Shown here: positions 8,833-18,772 of the stretch, piece by piece
How the letters are laid out: the number at the start of each line of letters is the position of its first letter
Numbering within the stretch: position 1 is the stretch's first letter
Assembly: GCA_963826115.1 (NCBI GenBank)
Contig: CAWGVS010000007.1
Coordinates: 64,001 to 128,000 of the forward strand
Direction of reading: 5' to 3'
Source: an uncultured Candidatus Rokubacteria bacterium
GTDB lineage: Bacteria; Methylomirabilota; Methylomirabilia; Rokubacteriales; DASRDR01
DNA length: 64,000 nt
Made by a program: the position numbers and the translations under genes
The notes under the pieces: model-generated
What the model was told of the DNA's origin: nothing
The model's database searches: none
What the model saw: only the letters and a program-made list of their open reading frames with translations

Positions 8833-9989
8833 GCCGGCACCTCGACGGGCATGCGGTCCCGCATCATGCGGAGCGTCCGGTCCAGCACGCGGACGAGCCG
8901 CGGGTCGAAGGTGCGGCCCGCCTCGTCCCGCACGAAGGTGCGAACCTGATCGAGCGGGATCGCCCTCTTGTACGCGCGCCGCGACGTCATCGCGTCGAAG
9001 ACGTCGGCCAGGCACGCGAGGCGGCTCACCGGGTGCTGGCGCCAGCCTTCCCGGACGAACGGATAGCCCTTGCCGTCGTACCGCATGTGGTGCTCGAACG
9101 CCACGATCAGCGGGAGCCGGTTCGACCCCGGCAGCCGGGCGAGGAGATCGGCCCCCAGGACCGGGTGCCGGCACATGATGCGCCATTCCTCCGCGTCGAG
9201 GAGCCCGGGCTTGCGCAACACCTCGACCGGGATCGCGATCTTCCCGAGATCGTGGAGCATTCCGGCCATTCCGAGCTCGCGGAGGAGCTCATGGGGCAGG
9301 CCGAGCGCGAGCCCGATGCCCATCGAGATGAGGGCAACGTTGACGGAGTGGTAGAGGGTGTACTCGTCATACGACTTGATGCTGGCCAGCCTGAGCACGA
9401 GGCCTGGGCTTTGCAGCATTTGTTCCAAGATGGTGGAGGTGTACACCCGCAGGGTCCCGACGTGCTCCACCGTGAGGGCCCGCCGGGCACGGATCAGGGA
9501 CTCCACGTCCCGCAGCACCTCGATGGACCCGTAGTAGGCGCGCCGGGCGACCCCTTCCCCGCTCTGCCGGTCGGGCTGGCTCGGGGAGGCCAGGTGGAGG
9601 TGCGCGAGCCGCCGCTGGGCCACCCACTCCTCGAGGGACGGCCCAACCCCATCGGTCAGCGCCTCGAGGAGGGCGTCGATCTCCCGGTCCTCGAGGCCCG
9701 CCGTGAAGCCCACGACGCCGATCCCCCGCTCGCGCTGGCAGGTCTCGAGGAAGCGTCGGTACAGGAGGCTCTCGCGCGGGAGGATGCGGTCGTTGGCAAC
9801 GAGGAGGTCGCCCATGAACCGGTACGTCAGCCGCCCCTGCCCGCCCAGATAGGCGGTCAGGGCCTGGAAGAGGGTCTGCTTCGCGCGACGCGTCTGGGGG
9901 TGCGTCGGCAAGTAGAGACCCGCGGCGCGCAGCATGCCGTGCATGTACGTAAAGATGAGCTGCGGATCCGGCCGCGGTGCGTCACTCAT
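8829..9989 (-). CDS. HD-GYP domain cyclic-di-GMP phosphodiesterase
   Basis: YTLYHSVNV, MLHDLGK, EHHMRYDGKGYP, ADVFDAMTSRRAYK. Confidence 0.92.
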   Translation of the reverse strand: MSDAPRPDPQLIFTYMHGMLRAAGLYLPTHPQTRRAKQTLFQALTAYLGGQGRLTYRFMGDLLVANDRILPRESLLYRRFLETCQRERGIGVVGFTAGLEDREIDALLEALTDGVGPSLEEWVAQRRLAHLHLASPSQPDRQSGEGVARRAYYGSIEVLRDVESLIRARRALTVEHVGTLRVYTSTILEQMLQSPGLVLRLASIKSYDEYTLYHSVNVALISMGIGLALGLPHELLRELGMAGMLHDLGKIAIPVEVLRKPGLLDAEEWRIMCRHPVLGADLLARLPGSNRLPLIVAFEHHMRYDGKGYPFVREGWRQHPVSRLACLADVFDAMTSRRAYKRAIPLDQVRTFVRDEAGRTFDPRLVRVLDRTLRMMRDRMPVEVPA

Positions 9990-12021
9990 CGCGGTCGTCC
10001 TCGACGTCGGCGCGCGCGGCCAGCGCGGTCGCGGCCATGTCACGAAGGCGGCGCTCCGTCCGCTTCCAGGGCCAGACGCGGCGGTGCGCCAGGGCCGCGA
10101 GCGCGTCGCGCGCCCCGGGGTCGGTGATCGCGCCGAGGGCTTCCACGGCCTCCTGGCGCAGCGCCAGGTCGGCGCCCACCGCCCCCGTGCCCGCGGCCAC
10201 GTCGCGGAGAACCGGGACCGCCTCCCCGCGGCGGAGCGCCCCGAGCGCGCGCACGGCCTCCACCCGCACCTCGGGGTCGGCGTCGCTCGCCACCGTGACG
10301 AGGGGCGCCGTGGCCCGGGCCGGCGCGATGAGCGCGAGCGCGCGGGCGGCCTCGATACGGACCCGCGGATGGGGGTGCCCGAGCAGCGTCACGACCGGCT
10401 CGAACACGGCCTCGTCGCCGACCTTGCCCAGGATGAGGGCCAGATTGCGCACGAGATACCAGCGGGGATCCTCGAGCCACTCCAGGAGCACGGGCACGAC
10501 CGACGGGCCGACCTTGGCCAGCACCTGGCACATCCGCGCACGGACCTGGCGGTCGCGCTCCTCGGCCAGGAGCTGCGTGAACTCCCCCACGGCCTGCCGC
10601 GCCACGAGGCCGAGGTACTGGGCGATCAGCTCCAGCTGGCGGTCGTTGCCGCCATGCTGCCGCAGGAGTCCGCCGAGGAGGGCGACGTGCGTGCGGCCGC
10701 CCAGGCGCTCCTGGAGAACCGTGAGGTGCTGGACGCGCTCCCGGCTCCGCGCGTCGGCCTCGCGGACGGAGGCCTCGATCGACGACAGCACGTGCGTCGC
10801 CAAGTCGACCCGACCCCGGGCCAGCGCCTCGCCCAGGATCTCCTCGAGCGCGTCCGTCGCGGACGTCCCGTACTCCTCGCCGTCGACGTTGAGCACGAGG
10901 GCGAGGAGGATTTCGGCACTGCGCTCGAGGAGGGGATCCGGCTGGCACGAGGCCAGGATCTCCTCCCGCAGCTCCGCGACGAGCGGATCGTCGGCCTCGA
11001 CCACCACGCCCTCGTCCCCGAGGATGCTCGGCGCCCCGTCGCCCTGCACCGCGGCCGTGATCGCCTCGACCAGCCGGCGTCGCTGGACCTCCTCCCACGG
11101 GAACTCGAGGAGCTCCGAGCTCAGGGCGAGGAGCGACTCGTGGGGCACCAGCCGGGCCGCCATGTGTCGGATCTCGTCCTCGGTCATCTGGCTGAGGAGG
11201 TTGAGGGCGAGGACCTCGCGACCGGCCAGCGGGATGAGGTGGTCGGTGAAGAACGGTCGGAGGAGATCCTCGGGCAGCCCCAGGAGAGCCTCGACCAGGG
11301 TCCGCGTCCGCACCTCGCGGTCGGGGGCGGCCTCGACGAGCCCGTGAATCATCCCGACCGCGGCGTAGAGCCGGTCGGGGCCACCGGCCGCCGTCGCCTG
11401 GAGCCACACGACCATCGCGGGACGGTCGTACGTCAGGTCCGCGAACCGCGCCTCGACGAGCCCGACCACGGTCTCGGCAAAGAGGTCGACCACGTCGTGG
11501 CCGGTCTCGAGCATCCGCCGGGTCGCGTCGGTCGGGTCCGCGTCCCCCTCCGCCGCGTCGCCCGGCGCCGCGACGCGCACGCGCAACACGCCGCGGGTCG
11601 TCAGGAAGGCGCTCGCTCCGCCCAGCTGGCGCAGCTCGCCGTCGGGCGTGTTCAGGAGGTCGAGGAGCGCCTGGATCTCCCACTCTTCGACCGCGGCGTC
11701 GATGTCGAGCTCCCGGATGCCCCGGCTCTCGAGGTCGAACCGGAACGCCTCCAGCGCGGGATCCCGGGTCCGGAGATCGGGCCCGACCCACACGAACCGG
11801 TCGGCCTCCACGCGGAGCGGGAACGCGAGCCCCTGCTGGAAGAACTCGGCCAGCGTGCGATGCAGGCGACGGACCCACGACGAGGCGATCTCGCTCCCCG
11901 CCGGATACAGGCTGAGCGACTTCCGCGACGCCATGAGGGCCCGCAGGAAGAGGCCCAGGACCCGCTCGCCGCCTGCGGTTTCGGCGGCCTGGACGGTGTC
12001 GCTCGCGCCGCGGGCGGTCAC
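9982..12021 (-). CDS. HEAT-repeat protein
   Basis: C-terminal repeats DPRWYLVRNLALILG, HPHPRVRIEAARAL, DADPEVRVEAVRAL; GTGA coupling to the upstream gene. Confidence 0.87.
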   Translation of the reverse strand: MTARGASDTVQAAETAGGERVLGLFLRALMASRKSLSLYPAGSEIASSWVRRLHRTLAEFFQQGLAFPLRVEADRFVWVGPDLRTRDPALEAFRFDLESRGIRELDIDAAVEEWEIQALLDLLNTPDGELRQLGGASAFLTTRGVLRVRVAAPGDAAEGDADPTDATRRMLETGHDVVDLFAETVVGLVEARFADLTYDRPAMVVWLQATAAGGPDRLYAAVGMIHGLVEAAPDREVRTRTLVEALLGLPEDLLRPFFTDHLIPLAGREVLALNLLSQMTEDEIRHMAARLVPHESLLALSSELLEFPWEEVQRRRLVEAITAAVQGDGAPSILGDEGVVVEADDPLVAELREEILASCQPDPLLERSAEILLALVLNVDGEEYGTSATDALEEILGEALARGRVDLATHVLSSIEASVREADARSRERVQHLTVLQERLGGRTHVALLGGLLRQHGGNDRQLELIAQYLGLVARQAVGEFTQLLAEERDRQVRARMCQVLAKVGPSVVPVLLEWLEDPRWYLVRNLALILGKVGDEAVFEPVVTLLGHPHPRVRIEAARALALIAPARATAPLVTVASDADPEVRVEAVRALGALRRGEAVPVLRDVAAGTGAVGADLALRQEAVEALGAITDPGARDALAALAHRRVWPWKRTERRLRDMAATALAARADVEDDRDE

Positions 12022-13667
12022 GGCGCCCTCCCCGCCCCAAGGGCGCCCGGCGGCTGGGCGGTGCGCGCCACGACGCCGAGCGCGGGCGCCCCGTCCCGGC
12101 TCCCGGGCGATATCGCAGCCGACCCGCGGCCGAGGCGGTCCAGGAGCGGCCGGTTGGCGTCCGTCTCCCGGACGAAGACCACGGCCTCGCGCTCCGTGAA
12201 CACCAGGCGCCATCCGCCCTGCGCGAGAAGGGTCTCGGTGAGGGGCGAGACCCGGAGTCCGAGGATCGTCTCGACGCGCCACTTGTCCAGCACCGCCTGC
12301 CAGCGCGGGCTCACGTTGACGACGTCGAGGAACTCCTTCAGCACGTCGGCGCCGTACACGTGCGTGCGGCCGTCCATGAACATCCGGTACTCCGGGTAGA
12401 GACGCCACAGCTCGTACCCGCCCCAGGCGTACACGCTGAAGAGCCGCGCCGGCAGCTGGTTCTCCCGGATGAATGCCATGGTGAGACCCGGATAGCGGCT
12501 CTCGGCGAGGTCGAGGCGGAGCGGATTCGTCGGAACCCCGGCCATCGCCACCCAGTGCGCGGACACCGCGGTCAGGAGCAGGATCGCGCCCGCGACCGCC
12601 GGCGCTCCGGGGGCCGTCAGGGCCGGCGCGAGCGACGGCAGGCGCCGGCGGACGGCGTCGCGGACGCGCGCCCAGTCGATCCGCCGCGCGCGCGCCATGG
12701 TCTCGTGGAGCCCGACCGCCAGCGGGGCGGCAGCCACGACCGCGAACAGGGGGACGTGGCGCACGGAGGTGAGCCCGAGGTTTGCGAACACGCAGATGAG
12801 TCCCACGTCGACCGCGCTGAGCCGACCGCGGCCCCAGGCGAAGGCCGGGAACAGCAGGAGCAGCATGAGCTCGAGCGGCCGGAAGCTCGCGTGGTGGAAG
12901 TTCGGGGGGAACCACTCGATGGTCGAGGTCATGAACGGCACGCTGCTGACCACCTCGAGCGGGAACAGGATGGCCCGCACCCCGAACGGATTCACGAGAC
13001 TCGCGGTGGCGGTGGCGAGCCCGAGGGCCGCCGTGAGCCCGACCACGCGCCAGCCGGCGGTGCGGCGCGCCGGGTCCACCACGAGGGGCAGCGCGGTCCC
13101 GAGTCCGACCACGGCGATCATGAGGAACGCCATCACGAAGCCCGCGTGGAGGTTCACCCAGAGCACCGTCAGCGCGGGCACCAGCACCAGCGTGTGGCGC
13201 CGGTCCACCCAGCCCGGGCGGAGGAGCCAGCCCAGGATCGCCATGAACAGGTACGTGAACGTCTGGGGCCGCGCGTGCCAGAACTCCGCGCCCGTCCACG
13301 CGGCGAGGAGCGTCACGGTCGACGCCAGGAGGGGGTGGACCCCGCGCGCCCGCATCGAGGCCAGGACCACGCCGAAGGTGGCCACCACGAGCGCGGTCTT
13401 GAGCCCGATGAGCGCGAACCGGCCCCATCGCTCCCAGAGGACCGTGAAGAGCACCTGCGTCGCCCACATGTGATTGACCCACGGCCGCCCCGCGGCCGTG
13501 TAGGAGAACGGGTCGGTCGTCGGCACCGAGCGCGTCTCGAGGATGCGCTGGCCGGACGCGAGGTACCACCAGAAGTCGAAGACCGTGAGCGACGACAGGG
13601 CGATCGTCGCCACGACCAGGAGCGTGGCCACGACGAGCGCCCCGTGGGCGGCTCGTGCCGCGGTCAT
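12018..13667 (-). CDS. Polytopic membrane protein, putative GT-C glycosyltransferase (paralog 2)
   Basis: DFWWYLASG..DPFS..WVNHMW..RPQ..LWVNLHAGF..NPFG..WGGY..DGR; many TM segments. Confidence 0.75.
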   Translation of the reverse strand: MTAARAAHGALVVATLLVVATIALSSLTVFDFWWYLASGQRILETRSVPTTDPFSYTAAGRPWVNHMWATQVLFTVLWERWGRFALIGLKTALVVATFGVVLASMRARGVHPLLASTVTLLAAWTGAEFWHARPQTFTYLFMAILGWLLRPGWVDRRHTLVLVPALTVLWVNLHAGFVMAFLMIAVVGLGTALPLVVDPARRTAGWRVVGLTAALGLATATASLVNPFGVRAILFPLEVVSSVPFMTSTIEWFPPNFHHASFRPLELMLLLLFPAFAWGRGRLSAVDVGLICVFANLGLTSVRHVPLFAVVAAAPLAVGLHETMARARRIDWARVRDAVRRRLPSLAPALTAPGAPAVAGAILLLTAVSAHWVAMAGVPTNPLRLDLAESRYPGLTMAFIRENQLPARLFSVYAWGGYELWRLYPEYRMFMDGRTHVYGADVLKEFLDVVNVSPRWQAVLDKWRVETILGLRVSPLTETLLAQGGWRLVFTEREAVVFVRETDANRPLLDRLGRGSAAISPGSRDGAPALGVVARTAQPPGALGAGRAP

Positions 13668-15127
13668 CCGCGCCGCTCCGGCGGGTCGAGCACCGTGGCG
13701 ACGCGGTCCTCGTAGCGGACCACCCAGCCCGCGGCCCGGAGGGCCGCCACCAACGGCGACCCGCTCCGCACCACGGCCGCCGCCACACCCTGCCGGGCCA
13801 GGACGTCCTGCCAGCCGGGCTGGACCTCCGACACCATCAGGTGCTCCGCGAAGCGCGCGGGGCCGTACACGGCCATCCGGCCGTCGATCGACACCCGGAG
13901 CTCCGGATACAGGTGCCAGATGAGATACCCCCCCCACACATACTCGTTCCAGAGCGTACCCCGACGACCCTCCCGGCGAAGAAAGTCCACTGCGCCCGCC
14001 GGCAGGGTGTCGGACACGCCGAGGGCCGGCCTGAGCTTGCTCCAGATCGCGTCGGGGCGGCGCGAGCCCGCCACCAGGCTGCACGCCGAGAAGACCAGGC
14101 CCACAGCCCCGACCGCGACCACGCGCCGGCCGAGCCCCGGCAGGGCGGGCCAGCGGGCCGCGACGCACGAGGCGACCGCCCGTCCGATGATGGGCGTCCC
14201 GACGATCACCAGGAGGGGCGTGTTGCGCACGGCCTGGAGGGCCAGGTGCACGAGCGGCACGAGCACGCCCAGGTCGCGCCACGGCACCGGCCGGGCCGTG
14301 CCGAGCGACAGGAGCAGCATGAGCCCGAGCATGATCTCGAGGACGAGAACCTGCGGGTGACCGAACGGCGGCGACGCCCACTCGGCGATCCAGGTTTGCG
14401 ACAGACGCTCGCCCATCACCTGGAAGGGGAAGAGCACGGCATGGTAGTGGAACGGGTTCGCCAGGGACGCCAGCGCGCTGACCGCCGTCCACGCCCCGAG
14501 CCCGCGCGCCCGGGCGAGGCCGCCGTTCCGTCCCGTCTCGTCGCCGAGCGCCCACCCGACGAGCTCGCCGCCGGCGCAGAGTGCCACCAGGGCGGGCCCG
14601 GCGAGGAACCCGGCGTGCAGGTTCGCCCACAGGGCCGTCAGGATCGGGAGCCACCACAGGCGGTTCCGCCGGCCGGCCTGGTAGTCGGCAAGGATCGCGG
14701 CGAAGACTGCCAGGATCAGATACGTCACCAGCTGAGGGCGCGGCGACCAGAACCCGTGCGTCGCGAGCGCGCCGAGGCTCAGCAGCGCGAGCGCCCATCC
14801 GGACCCGACGCCCTCGCGGCGAAGGAGCCGGTAGAGGACCCCGAACGTCGCCGCCGCGGCCAGACCCTGGAGGAGGATCACGCCCGTGGTGCCGGCCAGC
14901 GTGTACACCGCGTAGACCGCCAGCTCGAAACCCCACGCGTGATTCAGCCACGTCGAGCCCTGCGCGGTCGCCGAGAAGGGATCCGTGGTCGGGAAGGTGC
15001 GCGTCTCGACCATGTAGCGGCCGCCGCGCAGGAGCCACCAGAAGTCGGCATCGTCGATCGGCTGGAGCGCCGTGAGCCCGATCGCCGTCAGCACCGCCAC
15101 GGGGATCAGCCGACGGAGTGCCGTCAT
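13664..15127 (-). CDS. Polytopic membrane protein, putative GT-C glycosyltransferase (paralog 1)
   Basis: DADFWWLLRGG..DPFS..WLNHAW..RPQ..LWANLHAGF..NPF..WGGY..DGR; same motif order as its neighbour. Confidence 0.75.
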   Translation of the reverse strand: MTALRRLIPVAVLTAIGLTALQPIDDADFWWLLRGGRYMVETRTFPTTDPFSATAQGSTWLNHAWGFELAVYAVYTLAGTTGVILLQGLAAAATFGVLYRLLRREGVGSGWALALLSLGALATHGFWSPRPQLVTYLILAVFAAILADYQAGRRNRLWWLPILTALWANLHAGFLAGPALVALCAGGELVGWALGDETGRNGGLARARGLGAWTAVSALASLANPFHYHAVLFPFQVMGERLSQTWIAEWASPPFGHPQVLVLEIMLGLMLLLSLGTARPVPWRDLGVLVPLVHLALQAVRNTPLLVIVGTPIIGRAVASCVAARWPALPGLGRRVVAVGAVGLVFSACSLVAGSRRPDAIWSKLRPALGVSDTLPAGAVDFLRREGRRGTLWNEYVWGGYLIWHLYPELRVSIDGRMAVYGPARFAEHLMVSEVQPGWQDVLARQGVAAAVVRSGSPLVAALRAAGWVVRYEDRVATVLDPPERRG

Positions 15128-15202
15128 CGCCCCGCTCCGGATGGACGGCGCGGGGCGGCAGCTATCGTGCGGCCGCGTCGAGGACCGGGGCGGAGCGCCC
15201 CG

Positions 15203-15802
15203 TCAGACCGTCCCGTAGACGAGGACCCAGGGAAACGCCCCGGTCCGCACCCGGATGTCGAGCTCGCGCTCGCAGAAGGCCGCGAAGTCCCGCGCCCCCC
15301 AGTGCTGGAGATGGTCCGAGGGATCGCCGAGCCGGGAGAGGTTCTTCCCGCGCATGAGGTTGCCGAGCCGGAAGAACGGCTCATGCGGCACGCTCAGCAG
15401 GCATCCGGCCCGCGCGACCCGGCGAAGCTCCCGGAGCGCCCGCGCCGGCTCGGGGAGATGCTCGAGGACCTCGAGGCAGACCACGAGGTCGAAGCTGTCG
15501 GCCCCGAAGGGCAGCGCGCATGCGTCCCCTCTCACGAGCGCGGCGCCGGGGCAGCGCGCGCGCGCTCCCTCCAGCGCCGTCTCATCGAGCTCGAGTCCGT
15601 CGAGCCGCACCCCCGGCAGGCGAGTCGCCAGGGTCGCCAACACGATACCCTCGCCGCATCCAACTTCCAGGATGCTGCGAGGGCGCTCGGCCACAGCCAG
15701 ATCCGACACCCGGCGCAGGAAGCGCCCCACGAGGTGTCGGACGACCGGATTCTTCGTCCGATACTTCCCCTCGTTGTCGCTGCGCGGGGCGCCGGCGATC
15801 AC
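15203..15802 (-). CDS. Class I SAM-dependent methyltransferase
   Basis: ILEVGCGEG, GDACALPF, FDLVVCLEVLEH. Confidence 0.88.
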   Translation of the reverse strand: MIAGAPRSDNEGKYRTKNPVVRHLVGRFLRRVSDLAVAERPRSILEVGCGEGIVLATLATRLPGVRLDGLELDETALEGARARCPGAALVRGDACALPFGADSFDLVVCLEVLEHLPEPARALRELRRVARAGCLLSVPHEPFFRLGNLMRGKNLSRLGDPSDHLQHWGARDFAAFCERELDIRVRTGAFPWVLVYGTV

Positions 15803-16734
15803 TCCAGGCGACGCCGGATCGAGACGTCGTCGGTCCGCGTCTGGTAGCTGAGCACCAGCTCGCTCAGGAGGCCGACGGCGAAGAACTGGACGCCCACGAG
15901 CATGCTGAGCACGCCGAAGGCGAGGAGCGGCCGGTGCCCGATCGGCTGCGCGCCCGACAGCCAGATACCGGTCAGGTACGCGTTGACCACGAACCCCACC
16001 GTCCACGCGATCAGCCCGAGCCCGCCGAAGAGGTGCAGCGGCCGGCGCGTGTACCGGGTCAGGAAGAGCACCGTGAGCAGATCGAGGAAGCCCCGCCAGA
16101 GGCGGGCGGAGCCGAACTTCGACCGGCCGAACTTCCGCGGGCGGTGGTGGACGGGGACCTCCGTCACCTGGAAGCCGCGCCAGGCGGCCAGCGCCGGGAT
16201 GAAGCGGTGCAGCTCGCCGTACAGGCGAAGCTCCTGCGTCACCTCGCGCCGGTAGACCTTGAATCCCGAGTTGAAGTCGCGAAGCTGCACACCCGTCAGC
16301 CGGCCGGTGATCCAGTTGAACAGCCGGGAGGGCCACGTCTTCGACCGCGGGTCGTGGCGTTCCTTCTTCCAGCCCGACACGAGGTCGAACCCCTCCTCCA
16401 GACGCGCCAGGAGCTTCGGGATCTCGGTGGGATCGTCCTGGAGGTCGGCATCGAGGGTCACGACGATCTCGCCCCGGGCCTCGCGGAACCCGACGGCGAG
16501 CGCGGCGGCCTTGCCGAAGTTGCGGCGGAGCTGGAGACCGCGGACCCGCGGATCCTCGATGGTCAGCTTCTCGATCAGCTGGAAGGAGCCGTCGCGGCTC
16601 CCGTCGTCGATGAAGAGGATCTCGTACGAACGACCGAGACGCTCGAGCGTCTCGGTCAGCTCGCGGTGGAGGACACCCAGGCTGTCAACCTCGTCGAGGA
16701 CCGGCAGGATCACCGAGACCTCGATCTGCTTCAC
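15799..16734 (-). CDS. GT2 polyprenyl-phosphate glycosyltransferase (GtrB/ArnC-like)
   Basis: IDDGSRD, RNFGKAAAL, TLDADLQDDP, two C-terminal TM helices. Confidence 0.9.
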   Translation of the reverse strand: MKQIEVSVILPVLDEVDSLGVLHRELTETLERLGRSYEILFIDDGSRDGSFQLIEKLTIEDPRVRGLQLRRNFGKAAALAVGFREARGEIVVTLDADLQDDPTEIPKLLARLEEGFDLVSGWKKERHDPRSKTWPSRLFNWITGRLTGVQLRDFNSGFKVYRREVTQELRLYGELHRFIPALAAWRGFQVTEVPVHHRPRKFGRSKFGSARLWRGFLDLLTVLFLTRYTRRPLHLFGGLGLIAWTVGFVVNAYLTGIWLSGAQPIGHRPLLAFGVLSMLVGVQFFAVGLLSELVLSYQTRTDDVSIRRRLE

Positions 16735-16768
16735 CTGGGCATCCTCCCCCGCTCGCGCTGCTTGCAAC

Positions 16769-17101
16769 TTACGGGCAGCTCGCCACGGTGGCCGTGAAGT
16801 CGAGCTTGCCGTTGCTCGCGGTGTAGGTGGGGACAACGCCGCACTGCCAGGTCGGGGACGGCGTCACCAGACCCTCGATGAAGACCTCGGTCGGGGGGAA
16901 GACGCCGTTCTTCTTGCCGTAGTAGATGGCGACGGCGGACCGCATGGCGGCCACGTTGCCCTGGTCGGCCGCGAGCTTCGCCTTCTTCTGGATGTCCTGG
17001 AACACGGTGATGGCCACTGCGGCGATGATGGCGATGATCGCCACGACCACCATGAGCTCGACGAGGGTCAAGCCCTTCTGACTCCGGAGCTGCTTGAACA
17101 T
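16769..17101 (-). CDS. pilA: Major type IVa pilin
   Basis: MFKQLRSQKG|LTLVELMVVVAII; C-terminal Cys pair; GGAGG RBS; lies directly downstream of pilR with a sigma54 promoter. Confidence 0.88.
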   Translation of the reverse strand: MFKQLRSQKGLTLVELMVVVAIIAIIAAVAITVFQDIQKKAKLAADQGNVAAMRSAVAIYYGKKNGVFPPTEVFIEGLVTPSPTWQCGVVPTYTASNGKLDFTATVASCP

Positions 17102-17182
17102 CTGTCTACCTCCGCTGGTTGGGGTGAACTGCATCGGATCTCTGTCTTGAGCCCGCTTCTCAACGCACACGACGCTTGGTAG

Positions 17183-17199
17183 AGCAATTCCGGTGCCGA
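17183..17199 (-). promoter_or_regulatory. Sigma54 (-24/-12) promoter of pilA
   Basis: TCGGCACCGGAATTGCT (GG-N10-GC) on the minus strand. Confidence 0.85.
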
Positions 17200-17281
17200 C
17201 CCTCCAGAGACCATTCCGGGCCTTTCCGGGGCCTCCCCGGAGGGTCCCACGAGGTCCCGGAACCGCACCCAGCAGGGCATT

Positions 17282-17328
17282 TTGAGACCTAAAGGCACGT
17301 CTCAATTGACGAATATGGTCGCTGTCAA
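17282..17328. promoter_or_regulatory. Two tandem palindromes, candidate PilR upstream activating sequences
   Basis: TTGAGAC-N10-GTCTCAA and TTGAC-N13-GTCAA, about 85-130 bp upstream of the -24 element. Confidence 0.55.
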
Positions 17329-17355
17329 GATTGGCCACGGCCGCTTCGCAAATTG

Positions 17356-18768
17356 TCATTGCGCCGCGTCGTCCGGGCCGCCGTCAGGGCCCGTGCCGCG
17401 CTCGATCATCCCGTACTTCTGGAGACGATAGCGGAAGGACCGGAAGCCCGTCCCGAGGAGCTGCGCCGCGCGGCTCTGCACGCCGTCCACGCGATCGAGC
17501 GCGCGCCGGATCAGATCGCGCTCGATCTGCTCCATGAGCTTGTCGAGGTCGATGCCCTCCGGCGGGAACTCGACGTGGAAGGCGTCGGGCGGCCGCGGGC
17601 GCCGGAGGGAGTCCGGCAGGCTCTCCGGGCGGATGATCGGCCCGGGCTCGAGGGTCACGGCTCGCTCGACCACGTTCTCCAGCTCCCGGATGTTGCCCGG
17701 CCACGCATAGGCCTCCAGGCACGCGAGCGCCTCGGGGCTCAGGACCTTCGGGGGCGCCCCCGCCAGCTCGGTGAACTTCTGGAGGAAGTGGTTGGTGAGC
17801 AGCGGGATGTCCTCGCGGCGCTCGCGGAGCGAGGGCAGCGCCACGGCGATGACGTTCAGCCGGTAGAAGAGGTCCTCGCGGAAGACGCCGCGCGCCATCG
17901 CCTGGGCGAGATCCCGGTTCGTGGCCGCGATGATCCGCACCTCGACGCGGACCGGCTTGGTCCCGCCGACCGGCCGCACCTCGCGGTCCTCGAGCACGCG
18001 GAGGAGCTTCGCCTGGAGGTGGGTCGACATCTCGCTGATCTCGTCGAGCAGGAGCGTGCCGCCGTCCGCGGTCTCGAACAGCCCCTGCTTGTTGGCGATG
18101 GCGCCCGTGAACGCGCCGCGCACGTGGCCGAAGAGCTCCGACTCCATCAGCTCGTTGGGGATGGCCGCGCAGTTCACGGCCACGAACGGCCCGTTCTTCC
18201 GGCTCGAGTTGAAGTGGATGGTCTTCGCGAGCAGCGTCTTGCCGGTGCCGCTCTCCCCCGTCAGGAGGACCGTCGCCCGGGACTCGGCCAGCCGGCTGAT
18301 GGTCGAGAAGAGCTCCTGCACCTTGGCGCTCTTGCCCACCATGTTGCCCAGCGTGTAGCGGAGCTCGACCTCGCGTCGCAGCCGCTGGTTCTCCCAGCGG
18401 AGCCGCCGCTCCTCGAGCGCCTTCCGCACCACCAGCTTCAGCTCGTCGACCTTGAACGGCTTGATCAGGTAGTCGTAGGCGCCTTCCTTGAGGGCCTGGA
18501 TCGCGGTCTCGGTCGTGGCGAAGGCCGTGACGATCACCACCGCCACCGTCTCGCTGATCTCCTTGAGCCGCCGGAGCGTCTCGAGCCCGTCCATGCCCGG
18601 CATCTTGAGATCCACGAGCGCGAGGTCCGCAGGCGCCTCGGCCATGGCCTTGAGGGCCTCGGGGCCGGACGCGGCCGCGACGACCTCGAAGCCGTCCCGC
18701 CCGAGAGTGATCGTGAGGAACTCCCGGAGGCTCTGATCGTCGTCGACGACGAGGACGCGTTCGATCAC
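17356..18768 (-). CDS. pilR: Sigma54-dependent response regulator PilR
   Basis: REC, GESGTGK, GAFTGA and C-terminal HTH; located between pilS and pilA. Confidence 0.9.
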   Translation of the reverse strand: MIERVLVVDDDQSLREFLTITLGRDGFEVVAAASGPEALKAMAEAPADLALVDLKMPGMDGLETLRRLKEISETVAVVIVTAFATTETAIQALKEGAYDYLIKPFKVDELKLVVRKALEERRLRWENQRLRREVELRYTLGNMVGKSAKVQELFSTISRLAESRATVLLTGESGTGKTLLAKTIHFNSSRKNGPFVAVNCAAIPNELMESELFGHVRGAFTGAIANKQGLFETADGGTLLLDEISEMSTHLQAKLLRVLEDREVRPVGGTKPVRVEVRIIAATNRDLAQAMARGVFREDLFYRLNVIAVALPSLRERREDIPLLTNHFLQKFTELAGAPPKVLSPEALACLEAYAWPGNIRELENVVERAVTLEPGPIIRPESLPDSLRRPRPPDAFHVEFPPEGIDLDKLMEQIERDLIRRALDRVDGVQSRAAQLLGTGFRSFRYRLQKYGMIERGTGPDGGPDDAAQ

Positions 18769-18772
18769 GGGT

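Noticed and set aside
16769-17101. Electrically conductive (e-)pilin
   Set aside because: Only about 8 aromatic residues per 100; Phe1 and Tyr27 equivalents are absent and there is a long aromatic-free gap.
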